Shown: positions 1-12,310 of the stretch, piece by piece
Numbering within the stretch: position 1 is the stretch's first letter
Layout of the letters: the number at the start of each line of letters is the position of its first letter
Assembly: GCF_018350175.1 (NCBI RefSeq)
Contig: NC_058368.1
Span: forward strand, 118,422,001 to 118,486,000
DNA: 64,000 nt
Direction: 5' to 3'
Source: Felis catus
Taxonomy: Eukaryota
Notes under the pieces: generated by a model
Databases searched by the model: none
Seen by the model: only the letters and a program-made list of their open reading frames with translations
What the model was told of the DNA's origin: nothing
Made by a program: the position numbers and the translations under genes

Positions 1-724
1 CTGCATTTTTGAACCTTCTCATAACTTACTACAACTTACATGGTAAGTTAACTTACTTAAATTCTAATCTTCATGGATCTGTGGTTATGTCCTAAGTTCT
101 CTGTGTAGTGACTGGCACATAGTAGCCACTCCACAAATGGTTAAGGAGAAATGTCTTAATTTGTGATATACTGGGCAGACACACCTCCCCCCATCTTTCA
201 GCAGTCAAGGCAGTGATACTTTGATACTGAGAATGTTTGTACCTGTGAATTCTTCAGCAGGATTTGTTCCCTGAGCTGTAGGGAGTGACATGAGCCACAG
301 GAGCACATTTGTAATTGGCCTCATGGCTGCTTATTCACGTGCTCGATTCACTGGCTTGATGCAGTGGGATGTGCAGTGTTAAATGGCTTGGTCCATTGGG
401 GCAAATCTGAAGGTGGTACCTTGTTATTTTCCTCTTATCCTTAAATGCGAGCTCTGAGAGGGTCCATGCCTATCTTCCCATTGTTTGCTACAGTAATCCA
501 GAGAGTACTGACTTCAGAGAGTACTGACTTCAGAATAAATAACTATAAAAAATCCTAAGTGGATGAATGATCAATGCATTGATCCTGACTTGAAGGTTGG
601 GGTGCAGAGCTGGGAAGTCCACACAGATTATTCACATCTGTTCTCTGTGACTCATTGGAGTTCCCTCCCTACCACTCTCTTTATTTTGGGCTTCTCTTCC
701 ATTAAACTGCCATCAGAGGGCCAA

Positions 725-959
725 CCTCTTTTTCTTTTTTCTTTTTCCCCTCCTCCCCCTCCTCCCCCTCCTCCCCCTCCTCCCCCTCCTCCCCCTCCTC
801 CCCCTCCTCCCCCTCCTCCCCCTCCTCCCCCTCCTCCCCCTCCTCCCCCTCCTCCCCCTCCTCCCCCTCCTCCTCCCCCTCCTCCCCTCCTCCCCCTCCT
901 CCCCCACCTCCTCCTCCCTTCTTCCCCCTCCTCCTCCCTTCTTCCCCCTCCTCCTCCTC
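725..959. repeat. Polypyrimidine minisatellite, (CCCCCTCCT)n about 13 perfect units, then a degenerate 20-bp period
   Basis: Read directly: 9-bp period over 755-871, 20-bp period over 908-947; only one purine (A906) in 725-959. Confidence 0.97.
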
Positions 960-2129
960 ATTTGGGTTTCATTTCTAGACTTGCTTTTGATGTTAGCTTA
1001 GTAGTATCCCAGCTTTCCATGACTCTTCTCAGGGACCCGGCGTTGTGTTCTCATGTGCTTTGACTTTCCTCGTTGTATGGTATCTGTTTGCAAGTGGGAA
1101 GGGCTTAGCATCAGGGTAGAAGGAAAGTGGGGGCTGTGGTAGAGAGGGATGAAGATGATGCCAGGTTCATTTCTTGTTCCCGTCTAAGCAAGTGTCCAGA
1201 CCTCCAACTCGTATGACTCCCGATCCTCCTTGTTGAGGACCATCAGGTCTCTGATGGGACTCTGAGTGGAGAGTGTGTGTTTGTGTGTAGAATTCAGTCA
1301 TCAGCTCACTCTAGGTGCCGCTTCCTGTGTGAGGCATTTTTGATCACAAGATGGGTGGCTGGCTGTGTGGTTTAGTTTGCTGGGGCACAGGGCTGATTGC
1401 TTACTTACTTATTTATTTATTTATTTAATTTATTTTTAATAAAGAGTTTTCTGGACCTAGCTTTGATTGTTTCCTTTGGATTTGAGCTGTGGAATTTCTG
1501 TAGAAACCTTTTGAATTGTGTTTTGCATATTATCCAGTTCTGCTTCCTATCATCTTGGAGCTATACCTGTGCTTCTAATGCTGCCCTAGGGAATAGTGAT
1601 GGTCATAATTAATATCTGCTGATGACGCCCTATGGGCCAGACCTTCTTTAAAATCCTGTACACAATCTCACTGAATCCTCAAAACAGCCTCATAGCTGCT
1701 ATGAGGCAACATCTCCATTTTATAGGTGAGGAAAGGCACGAGATCCATTTGGAAAGATATAGATGCCTTTTTTTTGTTAAAATCCGTAAACGCAAAACAA
1801 AAAACCTAAGCATCCCATTGAAAGAAAGGAATGGGTGCCTTGCTTGAATCATAGGCATATTTTCTAGGCTGCCTGCTAAGGTGTAAGATTCAGTACAGGG
1901 TCTCCCGTGCCCTTTCTTTTTTAGAACTGTTACCAAGGAGATATATTGCCTTCCAAAAGCAAATACAATGAAGATTTCCCCCTGCTTTTGGCTACTCTTT
2001 TGTTTGAAGAATGTCACTGTATCCATCTGTTTTCCTTACAGAGAAGGATGAAAATACCTTATCCTGAACTCTTGGGGTTAGAGTAGCTCAACCTCTCAGG
2101 GAAACACTGCATTCTTTAAAAATGAATTC

Positions 2130-2339
2130 GGGGCGCCTGGGTGGCTCAGTCACTTAAGCATCTGACTTCAGCTCAAGTCATAATCTCACGGTTCATGGGT
2201 TCGAGCCCTGTGTCATACTCTTGTGCTGACAGCTCAGAGCCTGGAGCCTGTTTTGGAATCTGTCTGTCTCTCTCTCTGCCCCTCCCCCATTTGCACTCTG
2301 TCTCTCACTCTGAAAAACAAATAAACATAAAAAAATAAA
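2130..2339 (+). mobile_element. Can-SINE, full length
   Basis: GGGGCGCCTGGGTGGCTCAGT head, GGTTCGAGCCC B-box, CT-rich segment, A-rich tail; 13-bp TSD TAAAAATGAATTC at 2117-2129 and 2340-2352. Confidence 0.97.
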
Positions 2340-3129
2340 TAAAAATGAATTCACTTCATGCCATTCCTCTTCATCTGTAATGCCAGCCATTGGCTAGAGT
2401 ATCTCACCTTCTCTCTGGTGAGATGAATGGATATAGATTAGATTTAGTCACCTTGTGGAAAATGGATAAAACTGGACTGAAAAAAAGAAAACCAAAGAGG
2501 ATCTTTCCCTTCTTGAATCCCTGGCAGCTCCAGAGGTGATGGGCATTGAGAAAAACTGTACTGTGTTATTGTCTATAGGAATGAGGCTTTTGCTCAAAAC
2601 AAAGGTCCAGGGAATTTCCTTTTTTTTTTTTTTACAGAAATGACTAATTTTCTCAGTTGTAGCCCAGACCCATTATCATTGGTGATGAAGGATATATAAA
2701 TGGATGTATCGAAGTTGGCATTTTTCGGATCTCCTTTGGTTTTTCCGGCCTTGTTTTCAGAGTGTCCTTTAGTAGAGGTCTACCCAGATAGCAGGATTTA
2801 AGTCATCTAAAGTCTGGTCACCTTTTGTTTTTTTTGTCCTTAGTTTTAGTAGAAAGCCTCATGAGAAGTGAAATTGCTGAGGTCTGGAGCAGGATGGAAG
2901 AGAGAAAAAGGAATTTTCATCATCAACTGAAGGGGCTTTAGGTATTTTGTGGACTGAAGTTTCACAGTTTTATTAAAGAGAAGTAGACATTGAAAAAACG
3001 TTTTTTGACAACTTTATTGAGATGTAATTCACATGCCAAGGCATTGGAAATTTGGAATTAGCTCAGGGACACCTGGATAGACAGTAGACTGAGTCTAGGA
3101 CTCTAGTGAAAGGCCCTTAGACTTTTAAT

Positions 3130-3300
3130 TGGTTCAGATTGGGAGACCTAAACTTGAGTTTGACTCTACCTTTTCTAAGTCCCAGTCCCTCATCTGTAAC
3201 ATAAAGGTAATAGTAAGTGGGCCTACTTCATAGGGCTCATTTGAGGATTCATTGAGCTTACAGAGCATGTAAAGTGCTTATTTAGCAAGTGCTGGCACAA
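3130..3300 (+). mobile_element. MIR remnant
   Basis: Core-like CCTCATCTGTAA...CCTACTTCATAGGG...TGAGGATT...ATGTAAAGTGCTTA. Confidence 0.65.
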
Positions 3301-3502
3301 CCTTTCAGGACATGGTGGCTAGTATAGCCAGCTTATATATACAGCTTAAACCAGCTTTTATATACAGATTCTCATTGAATTTGGGAGACTTCCCTTTCTG
3401 GCCTACATTGTATGTGTGTGGTTAAAGAATAGTTAATTGAATTGAAAATGCCCTGTTTTAGATTAAGGAAGTTAAAGAGTTATCTGTGCTACCAATTTAA
3501 TC

Positions 3503-3658
3503 TAGAGTTACCAGGTAAAATACAGGAGGCCCAGTTAAATTTGAATTCCAGATAAAGAACAAAAATTTGGTAGTGTAAGTCAGTCCCCAAATATTTGTTG
3601 GTTACCTTAACCTCAACTGGTTGTCTTATATTTTTATTTGCGAATTCTGGCAACCCCT
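3503..3658. mobile_element. MER53-like hAT MITE, internally deleted
   Basis: Ends TAGAGTTACCAGGTAAAATACAGG...CCAGTTAAATTTGAATT and TCTGGCAACCC match the recalled MER53 consensus. Confidence 0.8.
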
Positions 3659-4404
3659 GTATGATCCCATTGTTTCCTGTTTGGAATCTTTTGGCTACCT
3701 TTATGATCGCTACAAACGAGGGAAGGAATTTGTAATAGCATGTAGGGATATGATTTTATTTGCATCTCCCCAGTAGCCCCATCCTTTGCTGTTGCTAGGA
3801 GAATCCTGGCCTTCTGTGAGTAGCCCCATCATGCAGTAAAACACTGGTTGCATAGCAGCCAAACATCTTTGTTGAGAAATAAGCCAGAAGGAAATCTCTC
3901 TGATGGCACCTCCTCTACTTTGTAGTATTGCTGGGTTTCTGCTGAGGAGGATGCTGGGAATGGAATCATAACTAAGAGTCTGGCTGTGATATTTGTTTTT
4001 CACATTGGGGCTCCACAGACAGGGACTCTGTGGCATCCAGGGAACTGTGGTCTCAGGCTTCAGTATATTTGGAAGCCTTACCTGTGCAGGATTCCAGTGG
4101 TGAGCATCCCTTGTGTGCAGGTCTGGGGAACAAATGAACACTAAAGAAATGAAAATGCTGCTCCTCTATACTTGACGCGTGTATAATTTCAGAGAGAGAT
4201 AGGATCAGCATGTATCAATAATTGCAATAATTTACTGAATGCTTCCTTGTGTCTTTGCTTCAACACTGGCAGGTGCTTTCTATGCATTGTTATAGTAGTC
4301 CTCTTAGCAGCTCCGTGAGCAAGATCCCATGATTATTCCCATTTCCACATTAGGAAATTGAAGCTTAGAATAATGGGTTGGAGTGTAGAGCCACACCCAG
4401 GTTG

Positions 4405-4577
4405 GTATGGCTCAGTTGGTTAAGCATCTAACTTTGGCTGAGTTCATGATCTTGCAGTTTGTGAGCTCGAGCCCTGCTATGGGCTCTGCACTCTCTCGCT
4501 TGCTTGCACTCCCCCCCCTCCACCTTGAGGGATTCTCTCCCCCTTGCTCACCCATGTGCACTCTCTCTCTGTCAAAA
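4405..4577 (+). mobile_element. Old, diverged Can-SINE without a clear A-tail
   Basis: TGGCTCAGTTGGTTAAGCATC...CATGATCTTGCAGTTTGTGAGCTCGAGCCC followed by a CT-rich segment. Confidence 0.8.
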
Positions 4578-4615
4578 GCCTGTTTTGTCTTGTCTCTTGC
4601 ATTAAAAATTGCATG

Positions 4616-4698
4616 TATAGGTTGAATCACATTAAATTACCAATATTTTACTATTTTTGACCTACAAAAAGACAATTGCATATGGAGTTCAACGTAAT
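4616..4698. mobile_element. MADE2-like mariner MITE
   Basis: TAGGTTGAA...TTTTTGACCTACAAAAA...CATATGG..TTCAAC.TAA; about 80 bp with inverted ends. Confidence 0.8.
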
Positions 4699-4974
4699 CC
4701 AAGAGTTAGGTGGTATATATATGTATGAACATACACACAACACAATTCACTGTTGATGTAAACATGTGACTTGTGTATTACACATAACTTGTGGAAGCTG
4801 ACCGGGGTGAATGAAATATGTGGACCTAGTTAAGGCTTATCAGAGAGGCTTCTGGGAAATTAGTTTTCATTTATTGACTTGTTCACTCACCCACTCACTC
4901 AGTGGCTCACTCATTGAATAGAAGCTCACTGAATTCTGACAACCATCATAGTAAGCATAACTTTTAGCTGTTTT

Positions 4975-5420
4975 TTTTTTTACACTTTTTATTATGAAAA
5001 TTTTTCTCCTGCCCATTTGTAGTCAATCTTCCCTCAATCCTAGGCAACTATTGATGTTTTCCTGCACGCTGGCCATTTCTGACATTTCCTAGAAATGCAG
5101 TTATACAATATGTGGTCTTCTCTGTCTGGCTTCTTTGACTTAGCTAGTATTTTTCAGGTTCATCCATGTTGTAGCATGTGTCTCAAGTTGATTCCTTTCT
5201 GTTACTAAGTGGTATTCCACTCAGCATAGTTACACTACATTTTGTGTTTCTCTTCACCAGTTAATAGATATTTGAGTCATTTCTGCTTTTTGGCTCTTAC
5301 GTACATCAATAATACGAATATTCTATACAAGCTTTTGTGTGGATGTATATTTTCATTTCTCTTAGGTAATTACGAGTGAAGTTGTGGGGTCATGGCAAAT
5401 TTATGGCAAAATTATTTTTA
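4975..5420 (-). mobile_element. Old L1 (L1M type) 3' region fragment
   Basis: ATACAATATGTGGTCTT..TGTCTGGCTTCTTT..CTTAGC..CAGGTTCATCCATGTTGTAGCATGT, typical antisense L1 3' sequence. Confidence 0.8.
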
Positions 5421-5759
5421 ACCTGAGCAGATTTTTGAGGGAGGAGAGTGAAAAATGGGTTTGTACAAAGAGTCAAATGTGGAAATGAGGTTTGGGTTAG
5501 TCAGCTCAACGGTGGTGACCTGGAGTTCAAGTACCAGAACCTAGAAAGGTGAGCTAGGCAGATTTTAAATTCGACAAGTGAAGAAGAGTATCTGGAGTTA
5601 ACCAGCGGGATCCTGATGACTGTGAAGGCTGATGCTGCTTCTCTTTTTATTTGGCAGCGTGGTCAAGAAGCTTCTCTTTCCATTGTGGCTCGTGGACACA
5701 GGCATTAGAATGCCATTTCATGGTATTCCAAGAAAGTAGCCATGCCTCCTTCTGGAGCA

Positions 5760-6082
5760 TCAGTTCTCAAATGCTGAGTCCCAGTTTCTGCTGAGAAAAA
5801 ACACGGACAGTATAAATAATCAGTTTTTCATAAAGCTAAATTTATCTATGTAGCGGTCTGTGTCTTATTCTGAGAGTGTATCTTTCTTACTATTTTAGAA
5901 TAGGTAAGACTGTTCTTTTTATATTAAGTGTAGTGAAATGAATTTTTTAAATGGCTGTGCTTGCCAGAGTAAAAGTATTGGCAACCTAGTGTGCATGTGC
6001 ATGTGTGTCTGTCTGTGTGTGTGTCTATGTCTGTGTTTAGCTTAAGTTGGTTGTTTAGATTCCCAAATCTGGGAACCACTGT
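5760..6082. mobile_element. Possible hAT-Charlie-type DNA transposon remnant
   Basis: Terminal-like CAGTTCTCAAA ... TGGGAACCACTG; family not resolved. Confidence 0.35.
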
Positions 6083-6336
6083 TCCAGAGAACATTTTGGG
6101 AAGGAGGCTTTTGGAATCCTTGGTGGCCTTTGTATTTTGTCTTCTTCCTGGTTTTCTTACCAGAAATGTAGGCAACTGCAGTGATGCCTGGATGAGATCA
6201 ACATAAAAGGTTAGTAAAACCAAGAAAAGACTATCACAAGCACACCACCCTGTTACTCAGACATCTGCCTCTGTGTAAATATAGGCAGCCAATGGGCACT
6301 TGCCATTTTTGGTTGCTTTGGTAGTGTGAGGAAGAG

Positions 6337-6453
6337 TATTTATTTTGAGAGAGACAGTGCAAGTGGGGGATGGGCAGAGAGAGGGAGACAGAGAACCTCA
6401 CGCAGGCTCTTTGCTGCCAGTGCAGAGCCCCATGCAGTACTCGAACCCATGAA
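6337..6453 (-). mobile_element. Can-SINE, 5'-truncated
   Basis: TATTTATTTTGAGAGAGA...GGGCAGAGAGAGGGAGACAGAGAA...CTCGAACCCATGAA, then similarity ends. Confidence 0.9.
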
Positions 6454-6724
6454 ATGCTCTTCAAGGTAAGCGGTCGTTTGCTTCGGATGCTCTGCACAGG
6501 GCTGAGGCTCTGCACACAGTGCTGTGGTGAGAGGTGTGGGGCAGGTCGGCACCAGGTCCTGAGGGTGGAGGGAGCCCTCAGTCCTGCTCTAGCATGCCTG
6601 TTGTGTAGCTTGGGGTTAGGAAGTAGAGGTTTTCTGTAATATGATCTTGAAGTACACATAGCCATTTTGCCAATTAGTAGTAACAGTAGTGATGATGCCG
6701 AGCATGACATTAATAGGAGTGCAG

Positions 6725-6960
6725 TGCATTGAGCCGAACACTGTGCCAAGTGCTTTCAGGCATGATGTAATTTGATCCTAGCAGCAGTTGTGTTGGAGAG
6801 AGACGGTTATTCCATTTTGGTGTGAAGCAGTTTAGGGTCAGGAATGTTTAGCAACTTGTTCACTTAACTTGCCACTGGATGAGAGACGCAGAGCTCACTG
6901 CTAGTAAGGGACAAGCCAGCATTCAAACTCAGCCTGTTGTCTTCAAAATCTGAGCCTCTC
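6725..6960 (-). mobile_element. MIR remnant
   Basis: CACTGTGCCAAGTGCTTT...CTAGTAAGGGACAAGCCAGCATTCAAACTCAG. Confidence 0.55.
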
Positions 6961-7525
6961 AGTTCCATTTCTACCCCAGATTTCATTTCCAGAGGCCAAG
7001 CACGTTGGATCCACCTTCACTGAGGGGGTCTTGTATGTGGAAAGGAAGTCGCGGATGGATTCTGTGGGCCGTGCTTCACGAGGCCTCCCTGAGGCATTCC
7101 ACACGGCGCTGGTGTGTCTAACATGCTTTATTTGCTGCCCCTCTGTCTACAGACGGCTCTATTGATTCAGCCTTGGGAAGTCTTTGCCCTGACTGACCTC
7201 CTCACCCTTTTTGTTGATACATCCCTAGAATGTTCAAGTTCACACCCGAGTTGCAACCCCTGGCTCCTGGGGCTGAGGGCAGGATGTGAGCCCCAGTCCT
7301 GCTGCTCGTGGGCGTCTGTGAGCTCGAAGGTTCTGTTGGGTCTTATGCAGGTGGCTGCCCCCTTGCTTGCCCTTGGGAAATGGCAGCCATTTATATATTA
7401 CCTTCGCGCAGTTCTCACAGGCCATAGTTTAAACGCTTTGCCATTTTCTAGTGAAGAAGGTGGACAGGAAATGAGAAATTTGAAGGTTCTTTTCATTTCT
7501 CTTCTGTCTTTAGGAATGCATTTTA

Positions 7526-7921
7526 ATCTTTTTACTTACTTGTTTTTAATGTTTATTTTTAAGAGAGAGAGACAGAGTGCAAGTGGGGAGGGGCAGAGAG
7601 AGAGGGAGACACAGAATCTGAATCATGCTTCAGGCTGTGTGCTGACAGCTCAGAGCCTGACACAGGGCTCGAACCCATGAACTGTGGGATCATGACCTGA
7701 GCTGAAGTCGGAATGTTAACTGACTGAGTCACACAGGGGCCTCTATTTATTCATTTTTTTAGTGAGAGAACATGAGTGGGGTGGGGGGGAAGGGCAAAGG
7801 AGAGAGAGAGAGAGAGAGAGTGTGCGCACATGCAGGAGGCTCAATCTCAGGACCCTGGGATCATGATCTGAACTGAAATCAGTAGTCAAATGCTGTGCCA
7901 ACTGAGCCACACAGATGCCCC
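7526..7921 (-). mobile_element. Two tandem or nested Can-SINEs (about 7540-7744 and 7745-7921)
   Basis: Two antisense SINE bodies; outer TSD TAGGAATGCATTTTA (7511-7525) versus TAAGAATGTATTTTA (7922-7936). Confidence 0.92.
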
Positions 7922-9390
7922 TAAGAATGTATTTTAGGACAACATTGGACTGAACAACAGTTATATCACTTAGGTTTGTTAAATGCTATAGTTTGAGGTG
8001 GTGAAATCCCATTCATTTAACTAGTATCAGATTTTGCTCACTGTTACTGAAATAGTTCTCTCTCTTCCCTTTTCTTACCTTCCATCATCCCCTTCCCACC
8101 CCATTTTAACATTTGTGTTAGTTTTATCGTCAAGAAACGGTGAAATACGGCTGATTTAACAAGTTTTGGTAAAATTGAGTCGTGAAGGCATGCGTTGGTT
8201 GAGTTGTGCAGGGTCTCGCTAGAATCAGACCTAGAACTCAGGTCTTTTGATTGTTAGCTCATTTCTTTGTTACCACTGTGTGGAACAGATGGACCCTTAA
8301 CAATGAGATCCGAGGACTGGGCAGATACAGAGACCCTTCTCAGCTGGTAGTTGAGCTGCATCAAGTATGGTCCATTTGTGTGGGACCTCCAAGATGGACC
8401 AACCAGCCCCATGACAAAAGAAAAGTTCTTCTATCACTGCAGAGGTTCTCTGGCTCCTATGCACTGCTGGAAGTTTCTGCCACTGGAAAAGAGTTGTAGA
8501 GCAGTTTCTCTTACCATGGATCAACTCAGAACGTGTGTCTTATCCGTATTTGGCACATGACTTACTGAGCTTGTGTCCTTGTACTTGTCTAATTCTCTGG
8601 CACCTTGCCCATCAGTTAGTTGGCCCTTTTGTAAGATAAGTGCCTGTATGACTGGGTATTGTGGTTTTAAGCCCTGAGCCTTGACTTCTATCAGAAATTT
8701 ACAACTTTTCAAAGGACTTTGTTGAATATAATTTTGTGAAATGGCAGTGTTAAACTTTGTACTCTAGACATGTTAAAATGGAACTCGATAAGGTATGTGC
8801 TTTCAGGGTCCTTTTTGAATGGTCTTATTTGTGTGTTTTATCAGTCTATTTTAGACATTTTTATTAGGCAAGTCGTCTATGTTCATTGTAGAATGATTAG
8901 AAGGTTCAGATAAGCAAAGAGAAAAAGAGGAAAAGAAAGGAAAAACTTACATACTGTAAAAACAAACAAAAAACACAACAACCCAACAGCCAAAAAACCC
9001 TTGAGAGAAGCCAGAATATGGAGGGCTTTGAACTTCTCAGGAGGGGTTGAGTTAGTTGGTGCAAGTCATTATCATTCCCAGAACCAGTTTTCTCTTGCTT
9101 GTTCCAGATGCTAGAGATCGAGACACAAGTTGGGGCATCTGAGCATGTGCTGGAGGAAGTCAAGGTAGCATTCATTTTGCTGCATTCCTTATGAGTCCAG
9201 ATGGCTTGGGGGTCAGAAGTCCTGCTGTTAATCTGCCACCTACTAGGGGTGGCTGTGAAAAGGGAAAATTAGTCCTTGGGGGGGTGTCTCTTGTTTATAC
9301 AGTTGCTGGTTCTCAAGCAGAATGGGGGAAACATAATCTTAGAGTCACACTTCTTGGGAAGTGTCTTCTCAGCCTTACTGGAGGTATCCT

Positions 9391-9557
9391 TTCATTCATT
9401 TACTGGTTCACTAGTTTATTCATTCATTCATTCATTCATTCATTCATTCATTCATTATCTGATACTGTGCACCTACTGAGCAGAAGACACTCACTACATT
9501 TGGCTGTGGGGATACAGCATAAATAAGACTATTCCCCACTCTCCTGGAGCTTACATT
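9391..9557 (-). mobile_element. L2 3' end with expanded (TTCA)n tail
   Basis: (TTCA)n run followed by GCACCTACT...GGGGATACAGCA...CTCCTGGAGCTTACATT. Confidence 0.7.
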
Positions 9558-10452
9558 GGATTGGTACAGGTTTGGTATCATTACTTCCCTTTCAGCTTCT
9601 CCTTCTGTGGCCATGAAGGCCTTCTCTCCCTTGGAGTTGACCAGACTCCTAGGTTCTGTCTTGGGAGCTTAGTTCACAGACCCACAGCCAACCTGAAACT
9701 CAGTCGTCCCCAACAGGGAAGGTGAGGGGAGAAGGCAGCATTTGGCTGGCTGAATTCTTCTCAAAATGGGACTTTACTTTTGTTTGGGAGGAGCAGGGGA
9801 GCAGACCACAGAGGGAGGGGTTCCTGGTTTTATCAGAGAGAGAAGGCCTCATTGTGTGTTGTTATTGGAACAGGTCCCAGAGACCTCGGTACAGTTCTTT
9901 GGACAGGGCTGAGCTAAGCTACCATGCCATAAAATAATAGCCTAAAGAATCAGTGTGGAATTTAGGGTAGTATCAAAGGGGGCTCTGTGTTACAGTTCTT
10001 TCCAGGCAGAGGGCAGGACTTCAGCCCTAGGTCAAGCCCTGTTGTTAACTTCGTCACGTATTAATGAACATGCCTTTTGTATCCGTGTGTCTGTTCGCAC
10101 TCTTTCTTTTTCTGTCTTTGTCTCTCTTAATCTCTTACCCTTGTCTGTCTGTCTGTCTCTCTCATTGTGTAGTCATTTATTTAAGGGATTTTGCTGGAAA
10201 ACTTAAAATTTAGTGTATGTAAATTCTTTATTTTCAGGTGTGGCATAGTTGGGTGGATGGATGAGTTGTAGGGATGGGGGCGTTTGACACAGATAACCTA
10301 GAAAGTTCCAGGAAACCATATTTCCCAGCCTTTAGTTACTCACGTATTTCCATCATGATTTTTTGTCACTTAGATATAACACCTATTCTGTTGCTTACCT
10401 AATATGTTTATTTAAATGGGAGTACTTGTTCCCTTTGAAAGGACACTCTGTT

Positions 10453-10524
10453 TTATTTTTATTTATTTTTAAAGTTTATTACTTTTAAAGAGAAAGAGCA
10501 CAAGCTGGGGAGGGGCACAGAGAA

Positions 10525-10565
<41 letters not shown>

Positions 10566-10700
10566 GAACAGAATCCGAAACAGGTTCCAGGCCTTGAGCT
10601 GTCAGCACAGAGCCTGACTCGGGACTCGAACCCACGAACCATGAGATTATGACCTGAGCTGAAGTCAGACACTTAACCGACTGAACCACCCAGGCGCCCC
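10453..10700 (-). mobile_element. Can-SINE, full length, with internal (GA)n(GACA)n expansion
   Basis: Ends CCACCCAGGCGCCCC; TSD AGGACACTC at 10440-10448 and 10701-10709. Confidence 0.96.
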
Positions 10701-11180
10701 AGGACACTCGTTATCTTAAAAGGGTATTTCATAACTTAGTTACAGAGTACCAGTAAAATTTGCTGGAAATAGAAGGTAACCATAAAAATCAATATGTCAC
10801 CTTTAATGTTAATTTACGTGCCACCTAAAATGATTTTGTACACCACAAAGTTGTATGCTTGCCACACTTTAAGAACTGTGTGAGGCCACAGGGAGTGTCA
10901 CAGGTAAGAGGGAAGGGAACATTTTTGCCTGTCCCTTTGTCCAGTCATTTGTGGCACTGGCTCCTTGATAAACTTTGCTTTGAACTCTGGGTGCAGAGTA
11001 ACATCGCCAGTGCTGAGGACCAGAGGGTGCAGATGCTGGAATGTGCAGTGGAGCAAACCTTCCACATGTCAGGGAGTGTGGTTTGCTCTGTCCCGTGTGG
11101 CAGGGCAGAAGCTGGTGCTGACAGCCAGGGTTCACATCCCAAACCTGCTCCTTCTGTGACATTGGCAAGTAGCGCGTTTC

Positions 11181-11455
11181 TTCATTTATTCAACAAATAA
11201 ACATGGTGTGCCTGCTGTGTGCCAGCCATTATTTTACACTCTAGTGATACACTAGTGAACAAAACGGGGGGAAGAAAAAGCATGCCTTCTTGGAGCTTAT
11301 CTCCTGGCCTTCTTTTCACCTGTTGAATGGGAGTAATAATGGCCTTCCCTTCTGTGGTTATTAGGAGGTTTCAGTGAGCTGACATATATGAAGCACGTTT
11401 ATTAGTATTAGCATAGTGCCTGGCTTGGCGATTGCTTAATAAATACTAGCTGTTC
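11181..11455. mobile_element. L2 3' end (minus) abutting a MIR 3' half (plus)
   Basis: TTCATTTATTCAACAAATA..GTGCCTGCTGTGTGCCAG, then GCATAGTGCCTGGC..AATAAATACTAGC. Confidence 0.55.
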
Positions 11456-11491
11456 AATTGTGTTACTCAGGTGCACCGTGTTGTACAAAAA

Positions 11492-11650
11492 AGAATGAAA
11501 GTGGGGAGGGGACAGAAAGGAAGAGAATCTTAAGCAGGTTCTGCACCCAGCACAATGCCTGACATGGGGCTCGATCTCATAACCCTGAGATCATGACCTG
11601 AGCCGAAATTGAGAGTCAGATGCTTAACTGACGAGCCACCCAGGCGCCCC
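11492..11650 (-). mobile_element. Older Can-SINE lacking its tail
   Basis: GAATCTTAAGCAGG...GAGATCATGACCTGAGCCGAAATTGAGAGTCAGATGCTTAAC...CAGGCGCCCC. Confidence 0.92.
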
Positions 11651-11930
11651 TGACTGTATTTTAATAGTATTCATTTCTGAAAGAAAAAATTCTCTGCATC
11701 ACCTATTAATTAACCACACAAACACAAGGTTTTGTGCTGGGGCCCCTGTCCCAGTGCAAGAGTCGTCATGGACTCGAGCACTTGGTAGCCTAGTAGTGAC
11801 TTCAGTGCCCAGTGGCCATGTTCTAGGGATCACTGCTTCAGGAAGGAAATCCAGCTGGCCTGTATCCTTAAGCGAGTGATGGGGCCGATACATAGAGTTA
11901 GGAGCAACTTCAGCAGTGTGCCTATTAGTG

Positions 11931-12310
11931 TGTCTTAGTTTGCACGGGTGGCCATAAAGCGGCACAGACTGGGTGGTTTAACGACACATTTGTTTTCTCA
12001 TAGTTCTCGAGGCTTGATGTCTGAGGTTAAGGTGTTGCCAGGCAGGGTTGGTTTCTTCTGAGGCTTCTTTCCTTGGCTTGCAGATGGTCTTCCTCCTAGG
12101 ACTTCGCATGGTTTTTCCCTCTGTAATTGAATCCTAATCTGTTTTTATAAGGACACCAGTTATATTGGATTAGGGCCCGCTGATGTGACGTCATTTTACC
12201 TTAATTACCTCTTTGAAGGCTCCATCTCCAAATATGGTCCTATTCCCAGGTACTGGGGATTAGGGCTTCAGCATAGGAATTTTAGGGTGATAACGGTTCA
12301 CCCCATAACA
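11931..12310 (-). mobile_element. MaLR solo LTR (MLT1B-like)
   Basis: TG...CA ends; CAGACTGGGTGGTTTA, TATAAGGACACCAGT..TATTGGATTAGGGCCC, AATTACCTCTTT. Confidence 0.88.

Noticed and set aside
563..1063. 166-aa poly-proline ORF and the antisense Arg/Gly-rich ORF
   Set aside because: Both are translations of the 9-bp CCCCCTCCT repeat, which has no stop codons; no splice or domain evidence
2130..2215. tRNA genes suggested by A-box and B-box motifs
   Set aside because: They are the tRNA-derived heads of SINEs, followed by CT tracts, A tails and TSDs
3503..3658. miR-1302-type hairpin (that family derives from MER53)
   Set aside because: Much of one palindromic arm is missing and the rest is diverged, so the hairpin is unlikely to form
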